64,000 nt of DNA from Lachnospiraceae bacterium (GTDB taxonomy: Bacteria; Bacillota; Clostridia; Lachnospirales; Lachnospiraceae). How positions within the stretch are numbered: the first letter of the stretch is position 1; each line of letters opens with the position of its first letter. Shown piece after piece: positions 18,394 through 26,782 of the stretch. The notes below the pieces were generated by a model. It ran no database searches, had not been told where the DNA came from, and saw only the letters and a program-made list of their open reading frames with translations. The DNA is taken from NCBI GenBank assembly GCA_017548765.1, contig JAFYZH010000057.1, forward strand, positions 50,673 to 114,672. Direction: 5' to 3'. Made by a program: the position numbers and the translations under genes.

Positions 18394-19632
18394 ATGAAGA
18401 TCAGTGAGAAACAGCTCGCTCTGGTGAATAACCGGATCGATGCGATGGTAAAGGCGGGGAGCTTTTACGGGAAGAAACTGAAGGAGGCAGGCATCACCCA
18501 CGTGGCGACGGCGCAGGATTTCGAGAAGCTGCCGTTTTCCGAGAAGAATGATCTGCGCGATGCATATCCGCTGGGCCTGATGACGGCGCCGGAGGAGGAG
18601 ATCGTGCGCATTCACTCTTCGTCGGGTACGACGGGTGTGCCGGTCATCATCCCTTACACCGCAAAGGACGTGGACGACTGGGCCATCATGTTCGCCCGTT
18701 GCTACGAGATGGCGGGGATCACGAAGAAGGACCGCATCCAGATCACGCCCGGCTACGGCCTGTGGACTGCGGGCATCGGCTTCCAGCTCGGCGCGGAGAA
18801 GCTCGGCGCCATGGTCATCCCGATGGGCCCCGGCAACACCGAGAAGCAGCTGAAGATGATGCAAGATCTGGAGAGCACCGTTATCTGTGCGACTTCTTCC
18901 TATGCGCTTCTGCTCGGTGAGGAGATCGAGAAGCGTGGCATTAAGGACAATGTAAAGCTCAAGAAGGGTGTCATCGGTTCCGAGCGTTGGGGCAAGACCA
19001 TGCGTGAGAAGATCCATGACATGCTGGGCATCGAGCTCTTTGATATTTATGGACTGACGGAGATCTACGGACCCGGTATCGGCATTAATTGCCCCGGCAG
19101 TGACTACATGCACTACTGGGATGACTATCTCTACCTGGAGATCGTGGATCCGAAGACCGGTGAGGTCCTGCCGGACGGTGAGTGGGGCGAGATCGTCATC
19201 ACTACGCTGGTGAAGGAGGGCGCGCCGCTCATCCGTTACCGCACACATGACCTGTCCCGTATCATCCCGGGCAAGTGTTCCTGCGGAAGTTGCTTCCCGA
19301 GGATCGACGTGATCCGCGGCCGTACCGACGACATGATGAAGATCCACGGGGTCAATGTATTCCCGGCACAGATCGAGGAGGCGCTGCGCGAATTCCCGGA
19401 ACTCTCCAGTGAGTACCAGATCCGCCTGTCTCACCTCGATGGTAAGGACACCATGCGTATCTACGTGGAAACGAACGGACATGTCGACTTCGAGGATATC
19501 AGTCGTCGCATCGCCGCATCCGTGAAGAGTAAGATCGGATTCACGCCTTTGGTTAAAGTCGTGGAAGAAGGCGTACTGCCACGCAGTGAAAAGAAAACGA
19601 AGCGCGTCATCGACGAACGCTACGAAGAATAA
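18394..19632 (+). CDS. paaK: phenylacetate-CoA ligase family (adenylate-forming)
   Basis: 412 aa. SSGTTGVPV AMP-binding motif and YGLTE. This is the usual partner of iorAB in anaerobes. Confidence 0.75.
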   Translation: MKISEKQLALVNNRIDAMVKAGSFYGKKLKEAGITHVATAQDFEKLPFSEKNDLRDAYPLGLMTAPEEEIVRIHSSSGTTGVPVIIPYTAKDVDDWAIMFARCYEMAGITKKDRIQITPGYGLWTAGIGFQLGAEKLGAMVIPMGPGNTEKQLKMMQDLESTVICATSSYALLLGEEIEKRGIKDNVKLKKGVIGSERWGKTMREKIHDMLGIELFDIYGLTEIYGPGIGINCPGSDYMHYWDDYLYLEIVDPKTGEVLPDGEWGEIVITTLVKEGAPLIRYRTHDLSRIIPGKCSCGSCFPRIDVIRGRTDDMMKIHGVNVFPAQIEEALREFPELSSEYQIRLSHLDGKDTMRIYVETNGHVDFEDISRRIAASVKSKIGFTPLVKVVEEGVLPRSEKKTKRVIDERYEE

Positions 19633-19641
19633 ACGTGACAC

Positions 19642-20013
19642 GTGACACCGGGGACGGTTCTATCTGTCACATTTTGGTTGTGAACCGCCCCACGGCGGTG
19701 TGACCTTCCGTGTGATACGATCCCTTCCGGTCAGTTCGCTCGCTGTGAAAAACATGCCGCTCGTTCGACGCCGAATTTGAGGGGGCCCGCTTCGACAGAG
19801 GCCGTTTTCTTGATAGCGCCAGGCTCCCGCCTGACGCGAAAACGCCCTCAGCTTGCGCGAAAAGCGATCTCGGAAATCGCTTTTCTCCCCTCATTCGGCA
19901 TCTTACTTGCGGTGTTTTTCTACAGCTCGTTCAAATGCCCGGGCGGGATCGTTTCACGCGTAAGCCCCGCCACGAGTAGTGTATGTGACAGATAGAACCG
20001 TCCCCGGTGTCAC
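19642..20013. repeat. 372-bp element bounded by perfect 31-bp inverted repeats (MITE-like or invertible-segment-like)
   Basis: GTGACACCGGGGACGGTTCTATCTGTCACAT at 19642-19672 has its exact reverse complement at 19983-20013. The 310-bp interior is non-coding and holds an internal hairpin at 19859-19885. Confidence 0.8.
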
Positions 20014-20187
20014 ATAGGCGGAGGCGTTCGCGATGACGCTGGGCTGGGGGAAGAGAAAAAAGTTTGATAAATAGTTTGATTAAAAAGGATGGATTAGTTG
20101 GCCCGTTGTTTGGTGAGTGTGGCGGCGTGATCGTAGGAGGGCCGTGGCCGTGCTTGCTTTTTAGTATCAAGAATAGGAATTACGGAA

Positions 20188-20757
20188 ATGATGCAGGACG
20201 AAGGGATCATCGAGCTGTATTTTCAGCGCGATGAGAGAGCACTCCTGGAGACTACCGATAAGTATGGGAACTATTGTAAGTCGATCGCACAGAATATCGT
20301 GAAGGATGAGGAAACGGCGAAGGAGTGCTTCAACGATACCTTATACACCAGCTGGAATATCATCCCTCCGAAGCGGCCGAACCCGTTGCGGATCTTCCTC
20401 GGAAAGATCACGCGAAACCTTTCGTTAAGGCGATGGGAGAAAGAGCATGCGCTTAAGCGCGGCGGCGGGGAACCGGACGTGGCGATCGAGGAGCTTGCAG
20501 AATGCCTCGCAGACGAGGCAGCCCGAAAATCGGAACAAATTGAAGACAGTTTAGTTATACGTGAAGTGATCAACCATTTCCTGGCCGGTCTTTCAAAACA
20601 AAACCGGCGTATTTTCGTGCGCCGTTATTGGTACATGAGTTCGGTGAAAGAGATCGCTAAGGCCTTGTCTATGACTGAGGGCAATGTATTGACTAACCTG
20701 TCGCGCTCCAGAGCGAAACTGAAGGAAGCGTTGGAGAAGGCGGGGATCGTTCTATGA
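20188..20757 (+). CDS. ECF-type RNA polymerase sigma factor
   Basis: 189 aa. Region 2 (YFQRDERALLETTDKYGNYCKSIA...) and a region 4 HTH (SVKEIAKALSMTEGNVLTNLSRSRAKL). Confidence 0.8.
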   Translation: MMQDEGIIELYFQRDERALLETTDKYGNYCKSIAQNIVKDEETAKECFNDTLYTSWNIIPPKRPNPLRIFLGKITRNLSLRRWEKEHALKRGGGEPDVAIEELAECLADEAARKSEQIEDSLVIREVINHFLAGLSKQNRRIFVRRYWYMSSVKEIAKALSMTEGNVLTNLSRSRAKLKEALEKAGIVL

Positions 20758-22274
20758 AAAGTGAAAAAGAAGAGATCCATCTGCTACATGAACTAGGGGA
20801 GATGGAAGACCGTTACGTGGCCGAGGCGGAGTATTCCAAGAAGGAGCGGAAACGGTTAGCGGGGACAGAATTCGAAAAACCGAACTCCGAAGAGATCAAG
20901 GATCTGAGGAGGCAGGCGGCATCAAATCTGTTCTCCGATGAGCCATTGGACTTCGGTGTCGATGAGGAGACCGATGTCGAAACGGCGGATAAACGAAACG
21001 CGATCATGTACGTTCGCATCACGGCAAGCATTGCCCTGATAGCGGCGGCACTTTTGCTGTTCGTTTTCTTGTGGAGACCTAGGTGGATAAATCAAGACAT
21101 CACTTCCACGACGGAAACGCCGGAAGAAACGACGACACAGGAAGAAACCACGATGGTCGAAGATGCTGAGCCTCAGATCGTGTATGTTGAGAAGATCGAG
21201 ATCAACGAGGAGTATTTTCCGGATCCGAACTTCCGGAGTTACGTCGCGTTCAGTTTCGACCAGGATAAGGATAATAACCTGACGTTTGTGGAACTGAGAG
21301 AGGCGACTGAGATCTTCGTCGAGGGTCATGATGTCGCGGATATGAAGGGCCTGGAGTTCTTCTCTGCCTTGAAGATCCTGAGTTGTAGCCGCAATCATTT
21401 GGAGACCTTGGACGTGTCTCACAATCCCGAATTGCAGATGATCTATTGTGACGACAACGAATTGACCAAACTGGATGTTTCGAAGAACCCGGAATTATTC
21501 TGGCTGGAATGCCACGAGAACCAGCTGTCCGAGCTGGACGTAAGTCATAATCCGAAACTGAACACGCTGAATTGCTCGGGAAATACATTGTCCGTACTGA
21601 ACATTTCGAACACGCCGAAGTTGAAAGAACTTCGTGCCTTCAAGAACCAATTGACCGAGCTCGACGTGACAAACAGTCCGGAACTGGAGAAACTGTTTTG
21701 TTGCGATAATAAGCTGAAGAGTCTGGATATATCGAAGTGTACGCGACTGGAGACGCTGGATTGCAATACCAACCAACTCGTGAGCCTGAACACGACCGAG
21801 AACCCGAGCCTGAAGAGCCTGACTTGCTCGTACAACGAGTTGGAAGATCTTAATGTGACGCTAAGTCCGCTGCTGGAGACCTTGGTATGTCAAGGAAACA
21901 AGTTAACGGAACTGGACACGGCGGAAAATCCTGCTCTTACCACGCTGTGGTGTCATGAAAATGCGATCCTCAGCCTGGATGTGAGCCACAACCTTGCATT
22001 AACGGATCTGAGTTGTAACGGGAACCAGTTGGCGTCCTTAGATGTAAGCAAGTGCACAGAGCTTGAAGATCTATCGTGTGAGAAAAACGAGCTGACCACT
22101 TTGGATCTGAAACAGAACATAAATCTTAAAAATCTGTGGTGCGATAAAAAAGTAAAGGAACTGGATGTCAGCTCCTGTCCGAACCTGGTCACCATCGGAG
22201 TTGATCTGGACACGAACATAATCGGAGCACGTGAGGACGCGACGATCTTCTCAATAGACGACCGCGTGCCGTGA
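20754..22274 (+). CDS. membrane-anchored anti-sigma-like protein with extracellular leucine-rich repeats
   Basis: ATGA overlap with the sigma gene. One TM helix (ITASIALIAAALLLFVFLW). About 13 LRR units of 22-23 aa (LxxLDVSxNPxLxxLxCxxNxL) from about 21330 to 22190. Confidence 0.65.
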   Translation: MKSEKEEIHLLHELGEMEDRYVAEAEYSKKERKRLAGTEFEKPNSEEIKDLRRQAASNLFSDEPLDFGVDEETDVETADKRNAIMYVRITASIALIAAALLLFVFLWRPRWINQDITSTTETPEETTTQEETTMVEDAEPQIVYVEKIEINEEYFPDPNFRSYVAFSFDQDKDNNLTFVELREATEIFVEGHDVADMKGLEFFSALKILSCSRNHLETLDVSHNPELQMIYCDDNELTKLDVSKNPELFWLECHENQLSELDVSHNPKLNTLNCSGNTLSVLNISNTPKLKELRAFKNQLTELDVTNSPELEKLFCCDNKLKSLDISKCTRLETLDCNTNQLVSLNTTENPSLKSLTCSYNELEDLNVTLSPLLETLVCQGNKLTELDTAENPALTTLWCHENAILSLDVSHNLALTDLSCNGNQLASLDVSKCTELEDLSCEKNELTTLDLKQNINLKNLWCDKKVKELDVSSCPNLVTIGVDLDTNIIGAREDATIFSIDDRVP

Positions 22275-22474
22275 CCGTTTGGTTCGCCATACGACGCACA
22301 CATTCATTTTTGAAACATTAAAAACACTTTTTTTCAAGTTTTTAGTAAAATGCCTGTAATGTTTGTTACCTGTTTACGGAGTATATAGGTAGGAGGCCGA
22401 TTTGTCGAAGAGAAAAGAGATAAGGCCGACTTGAAAGAAGATCCGAGAAAATAAAAAACAGGAGGAAAAATGAA

Positions 22475-23284
22475 ATGAAACAAACATTCAAAAAACTAAT
22501 GGCGGTGATTATGGCAATCACCATGATTCTGGGTATATCCCCGTTCTTTACTGAAAATGTTGAGGCTGCTAATGACCAAAACTGCTCCGTGATTTTCATT
22601 AACGAAACTCCGGTGGACACATTTGGTGTACCCAATGACCTGAATAAATATGTGAAGGAAATAGTGGGGAATTCATCCAAAGCTGTTACGAAAATATACA
22701 ATATAAGATCATATCACGGAGAGTTTGTCAAAGCGTGGAACAGTATGCCCGATACACAAAATGTAGTTGTTATCTGTGCTCATGGATACCCGTATGGGAT
22801 GCTGGGGGAAGATCCTAATCCTCTTGTAGCTCCAATTATATCAACAAGTAGTTTAAAAGATTTAAATTGGAAGAATATATCTAAGATTGTTCTTCTTGGT
22901 TGTAATACCGGCCATTATGATTATCGAACTGAGAATCTCGCGAGAGCAATGGCAGATAAATTCAGATGCACCGTAATAGCTTCTGATGGGACAGTTTTTG
23001 CATCAGGTATCTACTACGGATTATATAGATTCCGTCCTATTGGTGATCCTGAGTGGGTTTATTGGGGAAATCAAGTTGGCTCCTCAAGGACTAAATATTT
23101 AACCGGTTCTCCAGCCCAGTATTCTAAGTGTTATGGTTGGTTGGCATATATTCCTAAAGAATTATCCAACAATTATCAAGGGAAGTTATATCGTCTCGAT
23201 GATGTTAAAGGGAAAGATAGTTCGGTGTATGATATTCTACATAATTATTCATTTGGATCTAAGACCGCTTTGTCGGTAAGATAA
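22475..23284 (+). CDS. secreted protein, possible His/Cys (clan-CD-like) peptidase
   Basis: GGAGG RBS and a signal peptide ending VEA. CAHGYP, then about 45 aa, then LLGCNTG gives the His-then-Cys order seen in caspase-fold enzymes (weak inference). AT-rich gene. Confidence 0.55.
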   Translation: MKQTFKKLMAVIMAITMILGISPFFTENVEAANDQNCSVIFINETPVDTFGVPNDLNKYVKEIVGNSSKAVTKIYNIRSYHGEFVKAWNSMPDTQNVVVICAHGYPYGMLGEDPNPLVAPIISTSSLKDLNWKNISKIVLLGCNTGHYDYRTENLARAMADKFRCTVIASDGTVFASGIYYGLYRFRPIGDPEWVYWGNQVGSSRTKYLTGSPAQYSKCYGWLAYIPKELSNNYQGKLYRLDDVKGKDSSVYDILHNYSFGSKTALSVR

Positions 23285-23321
23285 TTCGTATGCCTATCTA
23301 ACCATATACGAAATATTGCAT

Positions 23322-23358
23322 CGGATGAGTACCTGCGGGTATTCATCCGGTGTTTTTT
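23322..23358 (+). terminator. rho-independent terminator
   Basis: CGGATGAGTA pairs with TATTCATCCG (one G:U), followed by GTGTTTTTT. Confidence 0.65.
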
Positions 23359-23623
23359 GTGTGCTTCAGGAGGGCCTGAACAAAATTAAAAAAATTATTG
23401 AATTTTGTTGTAAGGTTCCACTACCTAAGTCGGATTGTATAGGTGAGAACGCTGAGAAAGCATACATTTTCCCGGGGCAGACCGGTCGCCTTGGAGAAAA
23501 TGCGGGCTGGCGAGCGTCCGAGGTGAAACCCTCAAAAGAATATGATGTGCGAAGTGCATATTATAATATCGCAATTCCGGCGTGGGACGGAAAACACAAA
23601 AAGAGCATAAGGAGGAAACTCAA

Positions 23624-25219
23624 ATGAAACAAACAAAGAGATTCGGCCGTATCGTTGCGGTCATGATGGCAGTTCTGATGGCAGTTGGAGTTCTGCCATT
23701 TATGAATGGTATGTATGTAGAGGCAGCGGATACCGCGAATACGGCCAATGAAAAGATTAAAAAAATACTGGCTAAAGCAGATTATGTACCGCAGATGAAC
23801 CGTTCTAGATATAGGAGCAGCTCGAATGTTAACGGCACATATATAAAGTATGGAGATTATTACTATAGTTCCAGAGCCACTAAGCTTATAGATAGTACTG
23901 GTAAAGAATATGCTGGGGCAGGAGGTATTTGTACTTGGTGTGCTTTTACGAATTTGCTGAACCGTAGACTAGCTTATGATTTAGGATCGAAAGAGCTCTT
24001 TGAAGCAAACAAATTCGATATTTTGAGTGTTGCTAAGAGAATCGCGAATACTAGTGATGGCGTGAAATTCGCAGGTAAAGAGGGCGAACGCGATTATATT
24101 TGGATTGGAAATCAAAAATCATATGCGGATCAATATAACAAGACATTCACTAATGGGAATAACCGTTCGTATACGGGTGAAATAGTAAGTTTTGCTTCTG
24201 GCACATCGGTCAGCGACAAGAAGAATACTTTGAAAAATGCTCTCGACAACCACCCCGAAGGTATAGTAATTCAGTTTTACAAGAATTCCTCAAACATGCA
24301 TGGAATTGTTTTGACAGGCTATTATACCAAAAATGATGGTTCCTTGAGTTTTTATACGGTTGATACAGCAGGAACCTATGGCGATGGATTTACGAAGATC
24401 GAGGATGCTTACATCGGTAAAAACTATGGCAATAATTCTTCGGTCGATACGATCGTTCAGTATACAAGCTATTATGTTTGCCTTTCTTCAGGGTCAGGAA
24501 GCGTAGTTCCTCCCAGCCCTGTTGATATCTTTGATCTTTCCATTGATGGAAAGATCTCTTCCATTATGCTTAAGGCAGGACAATCTGCTAATTTGATGGG
24601 AAAAGCTGCTGCCGGAATGGTCATTAAGTCGATCAATGCAGTTATTAAGAAATCCACCGGAGAAATCGTTTACAACAAAACTATCAATCCGAATACAACA
24701 AGTGTAAAAATCCAGGATACGGCGCTTAACAAGTCAGTGAACAATTCAACGGATTACATTAAGTTCGGTAGCTTAAAAGAAGGTTCTTATACGATTACAG
24801 TTACAGCAAAGGATGCAAATAACAACACAGCTACAAAATCGCTTTCATTTACTGTTTCCAATGGAATTACGATCGATCTGAGCGCGTTTAATGGAAATCT
24901 CTCCTATGGTAAGAGTTACTCTATTCCGGGAACGATCACAAGCACAGCTAAGATCTCGAAAGTATATGCACGTGTGGTGAACGGACAGGATCAGTATCAG
25001 AGTACAGCTACATACAGAAAGGGTCATGCTAAGGCAGGTCAGAGAGCTGAATGCACAGTGACGGGCGTTAATGCGTATACCTACAATATCAAAGGATCTA
25101 AGATCGACAACGCGATCTCTATGGGTGGACTTAATGTAGGTAACTACTATTTTGAGGTAACCGTCACGGATGTAAATGGTAATACTAAAACCGCTCGTAA
25201 GGCTTTTACTATCAGATAA
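23624..25219 (+). CDS. secreted papain-like cysteine peptidase candidate with C-terminal Ig-like repeats
   Basis: AGGAGG RBS before ATG 23624, and a signal peptide ending VEA. GGICTWCAFTNLL (Cys) and NMHGIVLTGYY (His) follow the clan-CA pattern. Two beta-rich repeats lie at the C-terminus. Confidence 0.55.
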   Translation: MKQTKRFGRIVAVMMAVLMAVGVLPFMNGMYVEAADTANTANEKIKKILAKADYVPQMNRSRYRSSSNVNGTYIKYGDYYYSSRATKLIDSTGKEYAGAGGICTWCAFTNLLNRRLAYDLGSKELFEANKFDILSVAKRIANTSDGVKFAGKEGERDYIWIGNQKSYADQYNKTFTNGNNRSYTGEIVSFASGTSVSDKKNTLKNALDNHPEGIVIQFYKNSSNMHGIVLTGYYTKNDGSLSFYTVDTAGTYGDGFTKIEDAYIGKNYGNNSSVDTIVQYTSYYVCLSSGSGSVVPPSPVDIFDLSIDGKISSIMLKAGQSANLMGKAAAGMVIKSINAVIKKSTGEIVYNKTINPNTTSVKIQDTALNKSVNNSTDYIKFGSLKEGSYTITVTAKDANNNTATKSLSFTVSNGITIDLSAFNGNLSYGKSYSIPGTITSTAKISKVYARVVNGQDQYQSTATYRKGHAKAGQRAECTVTGVNAYTYNIKGSKIDNAISMGGLNVGNYYFEVTVTDVNGNTKTARKAFTIR

Positions 25220-25260
25220 GTAAATCATGATATGGAGCGCACCCACGGCGCATCCACATA

Positions 25261-25302
25261 ATAAGCACGTCAACCCATGCGGGTTGACGTGCTTATGTTT
25301 TA
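25261..25302 (+). terminator. rho-independent terminator
   Basis: ATAAGCACGTCAACCC, loop ATGC, GGGTTGACGTGCTTAT, then GTTTTAT. Confidence 0.7.
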
Positions 25303-25358
25303 TATGCCACCCCTCCGGATTTGTTTTCGGAAATTTTGAAAAAATTGCAAAAAAGTGG

Positions 25359-25390
25359 TTGACATTCATAAACAATAGGAGTAGTATAAA
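25359..25390 (+). promoter_or_regulatory. candidate sigma-70-type promoter of the leader/kinase-GNAT unit
   Basis: TTGACA (25359-25364), 17 nt, TAGTAT (25382-25387); TATAAA overlaps at 25385-25390. Confidence 0.4.
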
Positions 25391-25472
25391 TCCAATAATC
25401 TTCAACACAGGGGCCGACAGCGGCCGCCCAGTACACCGGTAGAGGCCGGAATATTTACGAAAGGACAGCGTC

Positions 25473-25580
25473 ATGAGAACATTTGAAACTAAGCGTTCCT
25501 ATACCAATTACGAAGCTATGCATGATTATCGCGTGTATGGTATTGACGCTGTGCGCTTAAAAATATTTCGCGGAGAATGA
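25473..25580 (+). CDS. 35-codon leader ORF candidate (MRTFETKRSYTNYEAMHDYRVYGIDAVRLKIFRGE)
   Basis: AAAGGA lies 8 nt before the ATG. The ORF sits between the promoter and a terminator. Below the ORF-track cut-off; coding status unproven. Confidence 0.25.
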   Translation: MRTFETKRSYTNYEAMHDYRVYGIDAVRLKIFRGE

Positions 25581-25612
25581 TAGATTTGAAGAGCATTTTG
25601 TTTTGATGTGCT

Positions 25613-25645
25613 TACCACCTATCGTTTCCGGTAGGTGGTATTTTT
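25613..25645 (+). terminator. rho-independent terminator/attenuator 55 nt before the next ATG
   Basis: TACCACCT (25613-25620), 12 nt, AGGTGGTA (25633-25640), then TTTTT. Confidence 0.65.
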
Positions 25646-25699
25646 ATACGCTTTTTGGAGGCAAAGGTATCAAAATGCAAAGAAAACGAGGAGGTACTT

Positions 25700-26752
25700 A
25701 TGGATCTGTTACTGTTGGTAGGTAGCGGCGCCGTCGGTAAGATGACGGTGGGGCAGGAGCTGATGAAGATCACGGATTTTCGGCTTTTTCACAATCATAT
25801 GATGATTGAGCCGGTGATCGAAATCTTCGGAAAATACGAGGGAGCGGTGGTCAATAAGCTCCGGGAGGACATCTTTGACGCGTTCATGAAGACGAATTAC
25901 TCTGGGATGATCTTCACTTACATGTGGGCATTCGACCTGCAGTCCGACTGGGATTACATTAAAGCATTGACCGCGAAATTCGAAGCATCCGGGGGCCGCG
26001 TCTACTGCGTCGAGTTGGTGGCGGACCAGGCGGTGCGCATCGAGCGAAACAAGACGGAGAACCGGCTTCGGAATAAGGCGTCGAAGCGTGACCTCGTGAT
26101 CTCGCAGGACCGCATGATTCGTGAGGAGACGAAGTATCGTTTAGTCAGCAAGGACGGCGAGATCCCGTTTGAGAACTATATGAAGATCGACAACACGAAC
26201 TTAGAGCCGTCGGAGGTAGCGCGGATGATAAAAGAGCGCTTTCATCTTCCGGACGTGAGCAGGACCGAGATGATGAACCGCATCAAACTCGAGGAGGTCC
26301 GCGAGGACGAGCTCCCGCAGATGCACGAGATGCAGATCGCAAGTTTTATGCCGCTCTACGAGAAGTACCACGACGAGGGTTCGCCGGCGATCGAGTCCAT
26401 CGACCGCATACGCGGCAGGGCGGCGCGGCCGAACCGGAAGTACTACTTTATCGTGAAGGACGGCGCGCGTGTCGGAGCCATCAACGTCGGGCATAACGAC
26501 CCGGAGGAGAAGAAAGTCTCCTTCATCAGTCCGTTGTTCATACTTCCGAAGTACCAGAACCGGGGCATCGGATACATCGCCATCCAAAAGGTGTTCGAAC
26601 TGTACCCGGAGGTCGAGGTTTGGAAACTCGACACCATCCTGCAGGAGCCGGCGAACTGTCATCTGTACGAGAAATGCGGCTTCGTCCGTGTCGGAGAGGA
26701 GAAACCGATCAATGACCATATGACATTGATCGATTACGAACTGAGGAAGTAG
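25700..26752 (+). CDS. fusion protein: P-loop kinase-like N-terminal domain + GNAT acetyltransferase C-terminal domain
   Basis: GAGGAGG RBS before ATG 25700. Walker-A-like LLVGSGAVGKMT. C-terminal half has a GNAT core (YQNRGIGYIAIQKVFE). Confidence 0.6.
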   Translation: MDLLLLVGSGAVGKMTVGQELMKITDFRLFHNHMMIEPVIEIFGKYEGAVVNKLREDIFDAFMKTNYSGMIFTYMWAFDLQSDWDYIKALTAKFEASGGRVYCVELVADQAVRIERNKTENRLRNKASKRDLVISQDRMIREETKYRLVSKDGEIPFENYMKIDNTNLEPSEVARMIKERFHLPDVSRTEMMNRIKLEEVREDELPQMHEMQIASFMPLYEKYHDEGSPAIESIDRIRGRAARPNRKYYFIVKDGARVGAINVGHNDPEEKKVSFISPLFILPKYQNRGIGYIAIQKVFELYPEVEVWKLDTILQEPANCHLYEKCGFVRVGEEKPINDHMTLIDYELRK

Positions 26753-26782
26753 TTCGGTCTAAGGCTGGGGGGACTTGGATCG

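Noticed and set aside
19667-19894. 75-aa ORF inside the inverted-repeat element as a possible transposase or recombinase
   Set aside because: It is far too small, has no DDE, HUH, Ser or Tyr recombinase motif, has no RBS, and gives a low-complexity translation.
25400-25645. T-box or known riboswitch upstream of the kinase-GNAT gene
   Set aside because: I could not find the T-box sequence, AG bulge or GNUGNA features, nor a match to the SAM, TPP, FMN, purine, c-di-GMP, preQ1 or guanidine consensus cores I can recall. I left it as an unclassified leader.
22290-25650. Prophage or integrative element call for the AT-rich islet
   Set aside because: There is no integrase, phage structural, conjugation or tRNA-attachment feature in or next to it. 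Only compositional deviation (by eye) and secreted proteins support foreign origin, so it is reported as an islet hypothesis only.
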